Assembly (NCBI GenBank): GCA_013329175.1
Contig: DUKR01000031.1
Coordinates: 1-32,459, forward strand
Length of the DNA: 32,459 nucleotides
Origin: Candidatus Woesearchaeota archaeon
GTDB lineage: Archaea > Nanobdellota > Nanobdellia > Woesearchaeales > UBA11716
Direction: 5' to 3'
Part shown: positions 6,555 through 15,415 of the stretch, piece by piece
Numbering within the stretch: position 1 is the first letter of the stretch
Layout: the number at the start of each line of letters is the position of its first letter
Made by a program: the position numbers and the translations under genes
The notes under the pieces: model-generated
What the model was told of the DNA's origin: nothing
What the model saw: the letters and a program-made list of their open reading frames with translations, nothing else
Databases searched by the model: none

Positions 6555-8303
6555 ATGCAAATGCATGGGAAAAAACGGCTCCTTGTAGCGGGCATCATGG
6601 GAGGAATTGCCATTGTCGCTGTTGTCATCTTCATCCATGCACTACAGTTCTCAGCAATCGAGCAGACCGTCGTCATGTATCTGGCTGAAAAGCAGCAGAT
6701 AGAGACAGAGCATGCCGCCCACCAGATAGAGACGCATCTTACCATGATGCGGGATGAGTTGCTCACCAAAAGCAAGTTCCCAGTCATAGAAGAAGTGAGT
6801 GCACTGCGCTGCATCAATGCAACAGGCACTCACCCTGATACGGTAAGCGACACTCTCCTCCAGCTTGACCGGAATGGTGATGTCATCGGCTGCTCTTCGT
6901 CCCAATATTCTGCCTTTGCGGGAGCAAGCCTGAAAAACAGCCCGCTCTTTCAAAAGCCACGGGAGACAAGAGAGCCCTACGTATCAGGAGCCATGAATGA
7001 AGGCAGTAGCGCATTCATCGCTGTCTCTGTCCCGCTGTTTGAGACCAGCGGCTACACTCCCTACCCTGATTTTCGCAAGTCCTTCCAGGGGACAATCATT
7101 GGCATCGTCAGCGTCACAAGCATTTATCACAGCTTTATCCATCCAATCACTGATGCTGACGGAAGCAGCTTTATACTTATGCATGAAGGAGACGGTCAGG
7201 TGCTTCTCCAAAGCGATGGTATTGGGCAGGACCTGATTAATCCCATTGTGCGTGCCTCTCCACTGTCGGAGGAAAAAAAATATGCTCTTGCAAAGCTACC
7301 TGTTATGGGAAAAGCAATCATCACCAGTGAAAGCATCATTCTCGGTGGAGAGACATGGAAGCTTGCAGTCATTACCCCTCTCTCCTACCACAACAAGGAC
7401 ATTCGGGAAGCTCAGGCTGGGCACATCGCAAGTCTCATTATCATCGTCCTTCTCATGGCAGGGGTTTTTGTGCTTCTGCTTTCTCTCTATCGGTCAAAGG
7501 AAACTGCTGAAGAAAAGCTCTCGCAGGTGCATGTCACCCTTGAAGAGCTAGGCATCAATATCAGCCATGAGACTGACAAGCCCTATGCAAAGCCTGCCTT
7601 CTCTTTGGTTTCAGGAAAGGTCTATCTTATAGCAGATGACAGCGAGAATCAGGCCTACGAATTATTTGCAGGACTCCTTCAGGAAGGCAATGCTGGCTTT
7701 GCCCTGACAAGGGAAAACCCTTCATCAGTTCAGGAGCGCTATCACCTCAAAAATACTCCCTTCCTCTGGCTCAGCAAGGCAAAAAGTGAACAGTATCCTT
7801 CTGAAACTGATCCAAAAAAGCTCCTTGCACTCATCAGAGAGTTTATCGAGAAAGGAGGAAAGAGCGCAGTACTGATAGACCGGCTTGAATATCTTATCGC
7901 TGAGCATGGGGAGCAGGAGACCCTTGGTATGGTTAGAAATCTCAAGGATGCGATAACAGGAAAGCAGGCAGTCCTCATTCTTGGCATCAATCCCGAATCT
8001 ATTACGCAACAGGCACTCGCTTCCCTTCGCACAGAGGCAGTTGACCTCTATCACAAGGAGCTGGCAAGAAGCCTCCATCTCACCGGGCAGGAGCTTGCCA
8101 TCCTTTCTCTCATCAATGAGCGCAACGCTGAGCACAAAATGATCTCTTTTCGGGACATCTCGGCAAGCCAGAATATCACCAAGCCCACCACAAGAGCCAG
8201 AATCAGACGCCTCTATGATTTGGGACTAGTCACTGTTGACCAGAAGGGAAGATACAAGTCATTATCGCTGACTGCAAAGGGAAGAAGGGCGCTTGGTGGG
8301 TGA
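6555..8303 (+). CDS. Membrane one-component regulator: TM-dCache-TM-DUF835 (inactive KaiC-like)-winged HTH
   Basis: Two TM helices bracket a Cache-like region (SPLFQKPRETREPYVS...IAVSVPLF; ETWKLAVITP). The DUF835 signature is ALTRENP...FLWLSK...VLIDRLEYLI. The C-terminus LTGQELAIL...ITKPTTRARIRRLYDLGLV...LSLTAKG is wHTH-like. The track start 6489 (GTG) lies in the promoter; ATG 6555 or 6561 is more likely. Confidence 0.8.
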   Translation: MQMHGKKRLLVAGIMGGIAIVAVVIFIHALQFSAIEQTVVMYLAEKQQIETEHAAHQIETHLTMMRDELLTKSKFPVIEEVSALRCINATGTHPDTVSDTLLQLDRNGDVIGCSSSQYSAFAGASLKNSPLFQKPRETREPYVSGAMNEGSSAFIAVSVPLFETSGYTPYPDFRKSFQGTIIGIVSVTSIYHSFIHPITDADGSSFILMHEGDGQVLLQSDGIGQDLINPIVRASPLSEEKKYALAKLPVMGKAIITSESIILGGETWKLAVITPLSYHNKDIREAQAGHIASLIIIVLLMAGVFVLLLSLYRSKETAEEKLSQVHVTLEELGINISHETDKPYAKPAFSLVSGKVYLIADDSENQAYELFAGLLQEGNAGFALTRENPSSVQERYHLKNTPFLWLSKAKSEQYPSETDPKKLLALIREFIEKGGKSAVLIDRLEYLIAEHGEQETLGMVRNLKDAITGKQAVLILGINPESITQQALASLRTEAVDLYHKELARSLHLTGQELAILSLINERNAEHKMISFRDISASQNITKPTTRARIRRLYDLGLVTVDQKGRYKSLSLTAKGRRALGG

Positions 8304-8332
8304 GATAGCCTTATCTCTTTCATCTCCAGCTC

Positions 8333-9049
8333 TCAAAAATCCTCAAAAATGTCTGTGCTTTTGCATTTTGGGCATTCAGAAATGGTCAGGATATCCCTTT
8401 CACCGCCCCCGATATGGCCATAGTTTTCCACCCCATATCTCTCCAGCATGATTTTTTTGATTTCCTTATCAATGAGCATATTCTCAGGAGAAGTATTCAA
8501 TTCAAAATATCTGGTCCTTATCCCTTTTTTGTTGTCGCACTTTAGGCAGGCAACAGGCCCAAATGTATCCCATCCATCAGGCAGTTTCACATCACCTGGC
8601 TTCACTTCCCTTATCTCAATTACTGGCATGAAGCTTTTGTCTTCAAGCTCGATATCATGCTCAAACAGGAAGTCCATAGCCTCATCAGTAATCTCTTTAT
8701 CCCTATGGGCAAGCCATTGTTCCCTCAGCTCAGGGTGCAGTTCAAGCAGCGCCTTAAAATTCAGGAATGGCTTTCTTCCCTTCAGGCTTCTGTCAAATTC
8801 CTGTGCAAGATTAAAGTCCCTGAGCCCATAGGCAAATGATTGCATAATGTTGATGTCATCTTGTGGCATTCTTGGCTGAAATGCGATGAAATTGTCATTA
8901 TCCGTTTCTTCAAGCTTCTTTTCATAATCATTCTCATAGTCGCTGATAAAGACAATGCACTGGTTCTTCTTGTCTATCAGGTAATGATGCTCAGAGGATG
9001 CTAATTCTATTGCTTCTTTGATGTCATCAAATGGTATGCTGAGTTTCAT
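8333..9049 (-). CDS. UPF0158-family protein with C-terminal Zn-ribbon-like extension
   Basis: IMQSF...SLKGRKPFLNFKALL...LREQWLAHR is the UPF0158 signature, followed by CLKC...CPKC. Confidence 0.75.
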   Translation of the reverse strand: MKLSIPFDDIKEAIELASSEHHYLIDKKNQCIVFISDYENDYEKKLEETDNDNFIAFQPRMPQDDINIMQSFAYGLRDFNLAQEFDRSLKGRKPFLNFKALLELHPELREQWLAHRDKEITDEAMDFLFEHDIELEDKSFMPVIEIREVKPGDVKLPDGWDTFGPVACLKCDNKKGIRTRYFELNTSPENMLIDKEIKKIMLERYGVENYGHIGGGERDILTISECPKCKSTDIFEDF

Positions 9050-9079
9050 TTTTCCGTCTCCCTTTTTTGGGTGGCTTTA

Positions 9080-9970
9080 TCATTCCTCCCAGTCAGGATA
9101 TTGTTCAGGAGAGTCTCCTTTAGAGTCGAGCAAAACAGGATATTTCTTTCCCTTCTCTACTTCTCCAAAATCGATTACCTCTATCTCAAACCTGTGGTCA
9201 TCCCCAAAATCAAACAGGTAAGCAAATTTCTGCCCTTTCCTGAATGCAAAAGCTCCAGCCTCGATATCAGCAGTCTTTCTTCCTTCAGGTTCATAAGGGC
9301 AGGTAAATTCAGCATCGGGATCCTTGCTATAAAACTTGTTGTCCATGTAAAAAGAATACAGGTGGTCATCATCCCAGTCAAGGGCATCTTGGATAGCATC
9401 ATGCAGGTCTTCCAGAGTCTGCGATGCCTTCAGCTCAATTGTTCTCCATGTGCTTTTTCGATACTTGAATTTGACTTTAAAGATGATTGTCTGTTTCTTG
9501 TCAATTGGTGCTGGGACGAAGGGCTTGCTTATTGCTTTGATTTCCTCAATATATTTTTTCAAATCCTCCGTAACAGCATCAATCCTGCTTCTTTTGGACT
9601 TGTCGTTAAATGGCAGTTCCCCTGCATCTTCTAGTCGCTCCATCAGTTCAAAAAATATCCTTCCTTTTCTGTCGGGAAGCAGGAATAGGAACTCATGAAA
9701 GCCGGTGTCATCCATTTTTTTATACGCTTTTTTAAATCCTCTGAGTTTTGGCTCGAGCCTTTCTTTCACAGCTTTTGTAAATGCTTTCTCACTGCATTCG
9801 CCTAATTCTTTCTTGATTTCTTCAGAGATTTCTCTAGTGGTGCTCATCTGTTTGAGCAAAAGCTCAAGAGCGTCAACTACAGGGGTGAAGTCTTTCGTCT
9901 TTAGCTCCATCAGATTGGCCATGTCGTAATGTTTGTCGAAAAAATCAAGCATATCTTTGCTGGTTTTCAT
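9080..9970 (-). CDS. Plasmid pRiA4b ORF-3-like domain protein
   Basis: WRTIELKASQTLEDLHDAIQDALDWDDDHLYSF...YLFDFGDDHRFEI...YP is the family signature. A GAGGAGG RBS precedes ATG 9970. Confidence 0.85.
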   Translation of the reverse strand: MKTSKDMLDFFDKHYDMANLMELKTKDFTPVVDALELLLKQMSTTREISEEIKKELGECSEKAFTKAVKERLEPKLRGFKKAYKKMDDTGFHEFLFLLPDRKGRIFFELMERLEDAGELPFNDKSKRSRIDAVTEDLKKYIEEIKAISKPFVPAPIDKKQTIIFKVKFKYRKSTWRTIELKASQTLEDLHDAIQDALDWDDDHLYSFYMDNKFYSKDPDAEFTCPYEPEGRKTADIEAGAFAFRKGQKFAYLFDFGDDHRFEIEVIDFGEVEKGKKYPVLLDSKGDSPEQYPDWEE

Positions 9971-10035
9971 TCTATGCCTCCTCATAAGGTGATAGATAGC
10001 GTCCCTTAGCTTGGAAATGAGTTATGGTTTCATTT

Positions 10036-10696
10036 TTATCTGGACTGCCTTTTCAATTCCAGCCTTTTGGCCGCCTTGTCTTCTGTAAGCAATCTCATTT
10101 GCTGAATCGCTATTCTGTTTAATTTGACCAGCCTTTTATCCTGCTGCATGCCTTCATTGATGAATAGGGCATTGAGGTTTTCCAGATTGGAAAGGCATAC
10201 CAGTTGAGAAACGTTTGCGTAATCTCTTAATATTACCGTTTTTGCTGGTGTTGCTGTCTCTCCACTCTTTAGCAATCATCCCGAATAATGCCACATTCAG
10301 GATATCTGCTTCGCTTGCATAGATGCAGTTTGCCTGCTCTTTTGTAATCTCTTCAGGTATGAGATTTTCTTTTATTGCATCCGTATGAATCCGATAGTTG
10401 ATTTTGGCAAGATTCCTCCTGATGTCCCAGCCCAATAGCTCTCTTTCCTGCTCCTTCAGCCGTTGGAATTCCTTGATGAGATATATCTTAAATTCCGGGC
10501 TAATCCACATGCCAAATTCAAAAGCAATGTCTTTGTGGGCATACGTTCCGCCATAACGACCGGCAGTTGCCCTCAATCCAATAGCATTTGTTTTTTCAAC
10601 CCATTCTTTTACACTAACCTTAAAATTGTTCAATCCTGCTTTGCTTCTAATTGCGGCATATTCGCCATAATTAAAATTAGGGTTGTTTAATTTTTC
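10036..10696 (-). pseudogene. KilA-N domain protein remnant (5' truncated by the MITE, one extra base near 10228)
   Basis: EKLNNPNFNYGE...GRYGGTYAHKDIAFEFGMWISPEFKIYLIKEFQRLK is typical KilA-N. The expected NIRDYANVSQLVCLSNLENLNA continues in another frame (ORF 10036-10275) after AAT ATT AAG AGA. Confidence 0.85.
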
Positions 10697-10777
10697 CTTA
10701 GTGTCCTCATATCGTTCCCAGAGCATCCTATTCTCCTCAAGGGAATAGTGGGTCAAGAACGATTTAAGGACACGAGG
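10697..10777. mobile_element. 81-bp MITE, copy 2 (80/81 identical to copy 1, same orientation, no target duplication)
   Basis: Aligns directly to 24-104 with one A>C change at 10708. The flanks AATTTTTC and AAATACTG differ. Confidence 0.9.
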
Positions 10778-10857
10778 AAATACTGTCGAGACCAATAAGT
10801 CCTCTTTGTGCTCAACATCTTTTATCTCGGAAAGCTTGCCTTTTTTCAATGCTTCAA

Positions 10858-10962
10858 TCATTGTATCCCTCTATCTAATTTTGACATCCACTTCCCTTCA
10901 TCCCAAGCACTTCGGATTCTCTTGTCCTGAAAAACAACAAGCGCAGCATCTTTTGAACCCAT
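10858..10962 (-). pseudogene. Bro-N-like gene 5' fragment
   Basis: MGSKDAALVVFQDKRIRSAWDEGKW resembles Bro-N N-termini (LVVFQxKxIRxxW...W), then stops after 34 codons. GGAGG and a TTATATA box lie upstream. Confidence 0.55.
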
Positions 10963-11123
10963 AACCCATTGCAAACCTCCAGCATATATAATCGTTTTGC
11001 TTTTATTCCTTTATTCAGCACCAACCATCAACAGGCTTCCTGAATTGCATGCCTAAGCGGGCTTTTTTTTTTGATAAAATTCTTCATGGATTATCCTGCT
11101 AATGCCTTTGCCATTTTACGACA

Positions 11124-11139
11124 GCGAAAGCTATAAATA
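11124..11139 (+). promoter_or_regulatory. BRE-TATA promoter of the FIST/two-component operon
   Basis: GCGAAAGCTATAAATA matches the archaeal BRE+TATA consensus upstream of the operon. Confidence 0.55.
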
Positions 11140-11262
11140 GCATCCCGATAAAAGATGCCCAGCAAGAATACCAGGCCATTTTGCGGCGCATAAGGCAGAG
11201 CCTGTGCCCCTATGCACAACGCCTGAAAGCTGGTGTACGTAGCAAAAAAAAAGGTGAAAGCA

Positions 11263-12411
11263 ATGCAAGTTGAACAAAAACAATGGGCAAAGGAATCAGG
11301 ATGGAAAGAAATTACTTCACAAAAGCTTACGGCAAAGCCTCAGCTAGTGCTTGCCTTTGGTGCAACAGCGCTCCTGAAAGACAAGGCCAGATATGACGAA
11401 ATAAAATCACTGTACCCTTCTTCCCATCTGGTGGTGTGCTCGACAGCAGGAGAGATTGCAGGCACCACTGTTTCTGACGGCACCCTTGTCGTGACTGCCA
11501 TCCAGTTTGAAAAAAGCACGGTGGAATGCGTTTCCGTAAGCATCAGCAATGCTGAAGAAAGCCAGCAGAAAGGAAAAGAACTTGCCGGCATGCTGAAAAA
11601 AGAAGGTCTTGTGCATGCACTCGTCTTTTCTGACGGGCTAAAAGTAAACGGCACAGCGCTTGTTGCTGGACTCCTTGAGAGCCTGCCTGAAAATGTCTCA
11701 GTCACAGGCGGCCTTGTGGGTGACGGTGCAGATTTCAAGAGGACGCTTGTAGGCATCGACAGCCCTCCTGAAGAAGGAAAGATTGGCCTTATCGGATTGT
11801 ACGGCGGGATAAAGATAGGCTACGGTTCCTTAGGAGGATGGGACCCCTTCGGAGTTGAAAGGACAATTACCAAATCAAAAGGCAACATCCTGTATGAGCT
11901 TGACGGAAAACCCGCATTGAATCTCTATAGGGAATACCTAGGAGAGCAGGCAGCAGGCCTTCCCGGAACAGGACTCCTGTTTCCCTTGTCCCTCAGGATG
12001 AAAGATGGAGATGGAGGCAACGAAGTGGAAGTGGTGCGCACCATCCTTGCAATTGACGAAAAAGAGCAAAGCCTGACTTTTGCAGGCGATGTGCCTGAAG
12101 GGACTCCCGCAACCCTCATGAAAGCGAATTTTGAGCGACTCATTGACGGAGCAGGGAAGGCAGCCTCAATGAGCATAGAGCCTATTGCAGGAGGAAAGGC
12201 AGAGCTTGCCCTCCTGATCAGTTGCATTGGCAGAAAGCTAGTCCTCAAGGAGCGTGTTGAAGAGGAGATAGAAGCTGTCCAAAGCGCTATCGGTGGGCAG
12301 GCAGCACTGACAGGTTTTTATTCTTATGGAGAAATATGCCCTACTGCTCCGAAAAAAAAGCAATGCCGGCTGCATAATCAAACCATGACCATCACGACAT
12401 TCAGGGAATAG
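11263..12411 (+). CDS. FIST N/C domain signal-transduction protein
   Basis: Motifs CSTAGEI, GGLVGDG, GWDPFG, ISCIGRKLVL, GFYSYGEI and LHNQTMTIT. An AGGTGA RBS precedes ATG 11263. Confidence 0.92.
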   Translation: MQVEQKQWAKESGWKEITSQKLTAKPQLVLAFGATALLKDKARYDEIKSLYPSSHLVVCSTAGEIAGTTVSDGTLVVTAIQFEKSTVECVSVSISNAEESQQKGKELAGMLKKEGLVHALVFSDGLKVNGTALVAGLLESLPENVSVTGGLVGDGADFKRTLVGIDSPPEEGKIGLIGLYGGIKIGYGSLGGWDPFGVERTITKSKGNILYELDGKPALNLYREYLGEQAAGLPGTGLLFPLSLRMKDGDGGNEVEVVRTILAIDEKEQSLTFAGDVPEGTPATLMKANFERLIDGAGKAASMSIEPIAGGKAELALLISCIGRKLVLKERVEEEIEAVQSAIGGQAALTGFYSYGEICPTAPKKKQCRLHNQTMTITTFRE

Positions 12412-12412
12412 C

Positions 12413-12730
12413 ATGCACAACATACTCAAGCGCCAGGCAAAGAAGCACCTTGGCTTTTCTATCGATGCCATCCCAAAAGAATGGGAACACTTTCTTGCGG
12501 CAGTCAGCACCACCTACGATGACTGTGATATGGACAGGCGCCTGATAGAGCATTCGCTTGAGCTCAGCACCAAAGAGCTGAACGAGACAAACAGGAACCT
12601 GAAGGAGCAGATCAGAAGGGCAGAAGAGCGCACACACGATCTTGAGCGGTTCAACAAGGCCGCTGTTGACAGAGAGCTGAAGATGATTGAACTCAAGAAG
12701 CGAATAAAGGAGCTAGAAGGAAAAGCGTGA
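12413..12730 (+). CDS. Small coiled-coil FIST-associated protein
   Basis: The MHNILKRQ...FLAAVSTTY...LIEHSLELSTKEL N-terminus is of the type found on kinases downstream of FIST genes. It ends in a RELKMIELKK coiled coil and is tightly spaced with both neighbours. Confidence 0.75.
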   Translation: MHNILKRQAKKHLGFSIDAIPKEWEHFLAAVSTTYDDCDMDRRLIEHSLELSTKELNETNRNLKEQIRRAEERTHDLERFNKAAVDRELKMIELKKRIKELEGKA

Positions 12731-15021
12731 AATACCTCCATAAGCTGCTCATGGGATTTAGCATTGCCTTCCTTTTCGTAGCGCTCACCGGCACTGTTGC
12801 GATGTATCTCAGCCAGCAGGCATTAAAGGAATCCATTGGGAATGGTTTTATTGAGCTTGCTGAGGAGGCAATAGATAAGATAGACCGGAGCATCAGCAAG
12901 AGAATAGAGCAAGCTGAAGCCTATGCTATTAACGTTGCGGGAGATCCTGACTTGCGGGAATCAAACACACGCTTTGCGGCGATGGATGATGTGCAGGGCT
13001 ACATTGATGAGCAGGAAAGGGAATGGAGGGCTGCAAAAAGTGATGAGCTGACGCCATTTATGCAAGCACTGATCCTGAACCCACTTTCCCGGGAGATACG
13101 GGATGAGTTCCTGCTTGAAGCCTTCTATAGGGAAAAGTATGGCTATCCTGTCTTTGCCGAGGCATTTGCTACAAACGCCTACGGAGCAGTCGTTGCTCTC
13201 AGCAATAGGACATCAGACTACCGTCAGGATGATGAAGAATGGTGGCAAAAGGCAAAAGAAGCAGGGAAGTACGTTTCAGACTTCAACTATGACGAAAGCG
13301 CAGGGGTGTACTCGCTTGATATTGCCGTGAGAATGGAAGATACCGAAGGCAATTTTGCAGGAGTCTTCAAGGCGGTGTTGAACATAAGAGAGATAGTAGA
13401 CATTGCAACGGTTGTGCATCTAGCTGAGCACAACGAGGAGATGGATTTTCGGCTTCTTGACAGGGAGGGAAGGACCATCACTGCAACTGATGATTATGAG
13501 GTCATGGAAGCATTCGCTTCTGGCAGGCTTCTTCCCAGGCTTTCGGCGGCCACAGCAGGCTTCTTCACGGCAAAAAGCAGCGATGAGAGGGAAGGCGATG
13601 AATTTATTTCCTATGCCCATTCCAGAGGTTCTGGAGAGTATGCGGGCAATGGATGGATCCTCGTCATTGAGCACGAAAAAGAGCATGCACTGCAGCCTAT
13701 CTACAGGCTTCGCGCAATCCTTGTAATCATTGCAGGCATGTCAGTTTTGGTGGTGGTGGTTATCTGCCTCTATCTATATGCCATCGTTTCAACGCCTATT
13801 AGAAGACTGAGAAAAGCAACAGAGCAGGTTGCAAAAGGCAACCTTTCAGTAAAGATGCCTGTAGAATCACATGATGAGCTGGGGCTTCTTGCAGCTGACT
13901 TCAAAAAAATGGTTGTGGCGCTGGATGCGTCACGAAAGGAGCTGGATGCCCTCAATAAGGGTCTTCAGAATAAAATAGAAGAGGGAACAAAGGAAGCAAG
14001 GAAAACTGCGGAAGAAGCCGAAAAAGCAAAGCGGGCCACCCTCAATATGATGGATGACCTCACAGAAGCGATGGAAAAGCAGAAGCGGCTTGAGAAAATC
14101 AAGACTGAGTTCCTCAGCGTCACTTCCCATGAGCTGAGAACTCCCATTACGCCTATGAGCAGTGAAGTGGAGATGCTTCTTGGGGAATTCTTCGGAAAGC
14201 TGACTGACGAGCAGAAGAAGAGCCTTGAATTGGTTCAGCGAAACATCACCCATCTTGACCATCTTATCAGCGACATTCTCGACATCTCCAAGCTTGAATC
14301 AGGCAACATGAAGTTTCTCATGAAAAAAGGGAGCCTTGTTGCAGTATTGCAGGATGTCGTTGAGACGATGAAGATCAAGGCAAATGAGAGGAATATCTCT
14401 CTAACGCTGAAGGCAGATGCCATCCCTGAATGCGTGTTTGACCATGACAGGATTGCACAGGTTGCAAGAAACCTGGTCAACAATGCCATAAAATTCACGG
14501 ATTCTGGCGGGGAAATAACAGTTGAAGCAATCAACCAGGGCGACTATGCCCTCATGAAAGTCAGCGATACGGGCATAGGGATACTTAAGGAGGACCAGGA
14601 GAAAATTTTCAGGCCGTTTGTTCAGGTGGACTCCAGCATGTCCCGCAATTATGAGGGAAGCGGTTTAGGTCTTGCTATATGCAAGGGAATCATCGCAAAC
14701 CACAATGGAAGGATATGGGCTGAGTCTGAAATAGGCAAAGGCTCAGTTTTCCAGTTTACCATACCCTATAAACTCAGCGCAATGAAAGGGGAGGTAGAGC
14801 TGTTTAACTATAGTGAAGAGGAAGCCTTAAATAGGTTTATGGAAGACATAAAGAAAAAAGGATACCGCATAGTGCAGGGCAAGGAAAAAGAGCTTTTGGG
14901 TGGTAATGTCATAGATACAAAAGGCAAACTGAGGTATGACCTTTCATTAAAAGATCTTGAGGAAAAAGGATATATAACAGGAGAGGATAACCATCAGCAA
15001 GAGCATATTGGTAGTGGATGA
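12727..15021 (+). CDS. Sensor histidine kinase (Cache-HAMP-HisKA-HATPase)
   Basis: Two TM helices, Cache motif (DYRQDDEEWWQ), HAMP (VAKGNL...DELGLLA), H-box SHELRTP, N-box NLVNNAIKF, and G-boxes DTGIGI and GSGLGL. Confidence 0.95.
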   Translation: MKYLHKLLMGFSIAFLFVALTGTVAMYLSQQALKESIGNGFIELAEEAIDKIDRSISKRIEQAEAYAINVAGDPDLRESNTRFAAMDDVQGYIDEQEREWRAAKSDELTPFMQALILNPLSREIRDEFLLEAFYREKYGYPVFAEAFATNAYGAVVALSNRTSDYRQDDEEWWQKAKEAGKYVSDFNYDESAGVYSLDIAVRMEDTEGNFAGVFKAVLNIREIVDIATVVHLAEHNEEMDFRLLDREGRTITATDDYEVMEAFASGRLLPRLSAATAGFFTAKSSDEREGDEFISYAHSRGSGEYAGNGWILVIEHEKEHALQPIYRLRAILVIIAGMSVLVVVVICLYLYAIVSTPIRRLRKATEQVAKGNLSVKMPVESHDELGLLAADFKKMVVALDASRKELDALNKGLQNKIEEGTKEARKTAEEAEKAKRATLNMMDDLTEAMEKQKRLEKIKTEFLSVTSHELRTPITPMSSEVEMLLGEFFGKLTDEQKKSLELVQRNITHLDHLISDILDISKLESGNMKFLMKKGSLVAVLQDVVETMKIKANERNISLTLKADAIPECVFDHDRIAQVARNLVNNAIKFTDSGGEITVEAINQGDYALMKVSDTGIGILKEDQEKIFRPFVQVDSSMSRNYEGSGLGLAICKGIIANHNGRIWAESEIGKGSVFQFTIPYKLSAMKGEVELFNYSEEEALNRFMEDIKKKGYRIVQGKEKELLGGNVIDTKGKLRYDLSLKDLEEKGYITGEDNHQQEHIGSG

Positions 15022-15343
15022 CCAGAGAGATGTTGCAGGGACCATCAGCACGGTGCTGAAAAAGCACGGCTATGATGTCGAAACTGCGTATGATGGGAAT
15101 GAATGCCTGCAAAAGGTAGAGAATGGCCGTTTCAGGCTGATTTTCCTTGACATTATGCTGCCTGGAATGAGCGGCGATGCAATAGCAAAAGAACTGCGAA
15201 AGACCTATGACAGCAAAATAAAAATAGTGTATGTGACCATCAAGCCAAAGGCTGAGGTAGATATAACTGATGCTGACGGATTCATCCAGAAGCCGTTTAA
15301 AATCAGGGAAATCATCAGGGAAGCGGAAGTAATGATTGCATAG
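14993..15343 (+). CDS. Single-domain response regulator (probable non-canonical ATC start)
   Basis: ILVVDD, LDIMLPGMSG and QKPF receiver motifs. There is no ATG upstream before an in-frame TAA at 14975. ATC 14993 lies 6 nt after GGAGAGG. Confidence 0.85.
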   Translation: MSKSILVVDDQRDVAGTISTVLKKHGYDVETAYDGNECLQKVENGRFRLIFLDIMLPGMSGDAIAKELRKTYDSKIKIVYVTIKPKAEVDITDADGFIQKPFKIREIIREAEVMIA

Positions 15344-15415
15344 TGATATGCAGAGGAGCTTTTTGCATTCTTTCAACAAAATACTGCGGCAAAGCAGGAA
15401 TCAGGGGTGAAAACA

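Noticed and set aside
10220-10240. Programmed frameshift in KilA-N
   Set aside because: No recognisable slippery heptamer or stimulatory structure, and the gene is already 5' truncated, so decay is the simpler explanation.
10154-10861. The 235-aa ORF as an ordinary intact gene
   Set aside because: It is a chimera of a foreign N-terminus, MITE sequence and truncated, frameshifted KilA-N.
11051-11072. GCC-N6-GGC followed by a long T run as an intrinsic terminator
   Set aside because: The stem is only about 3 bp and no plus-strand gene lies upstream to terminate.
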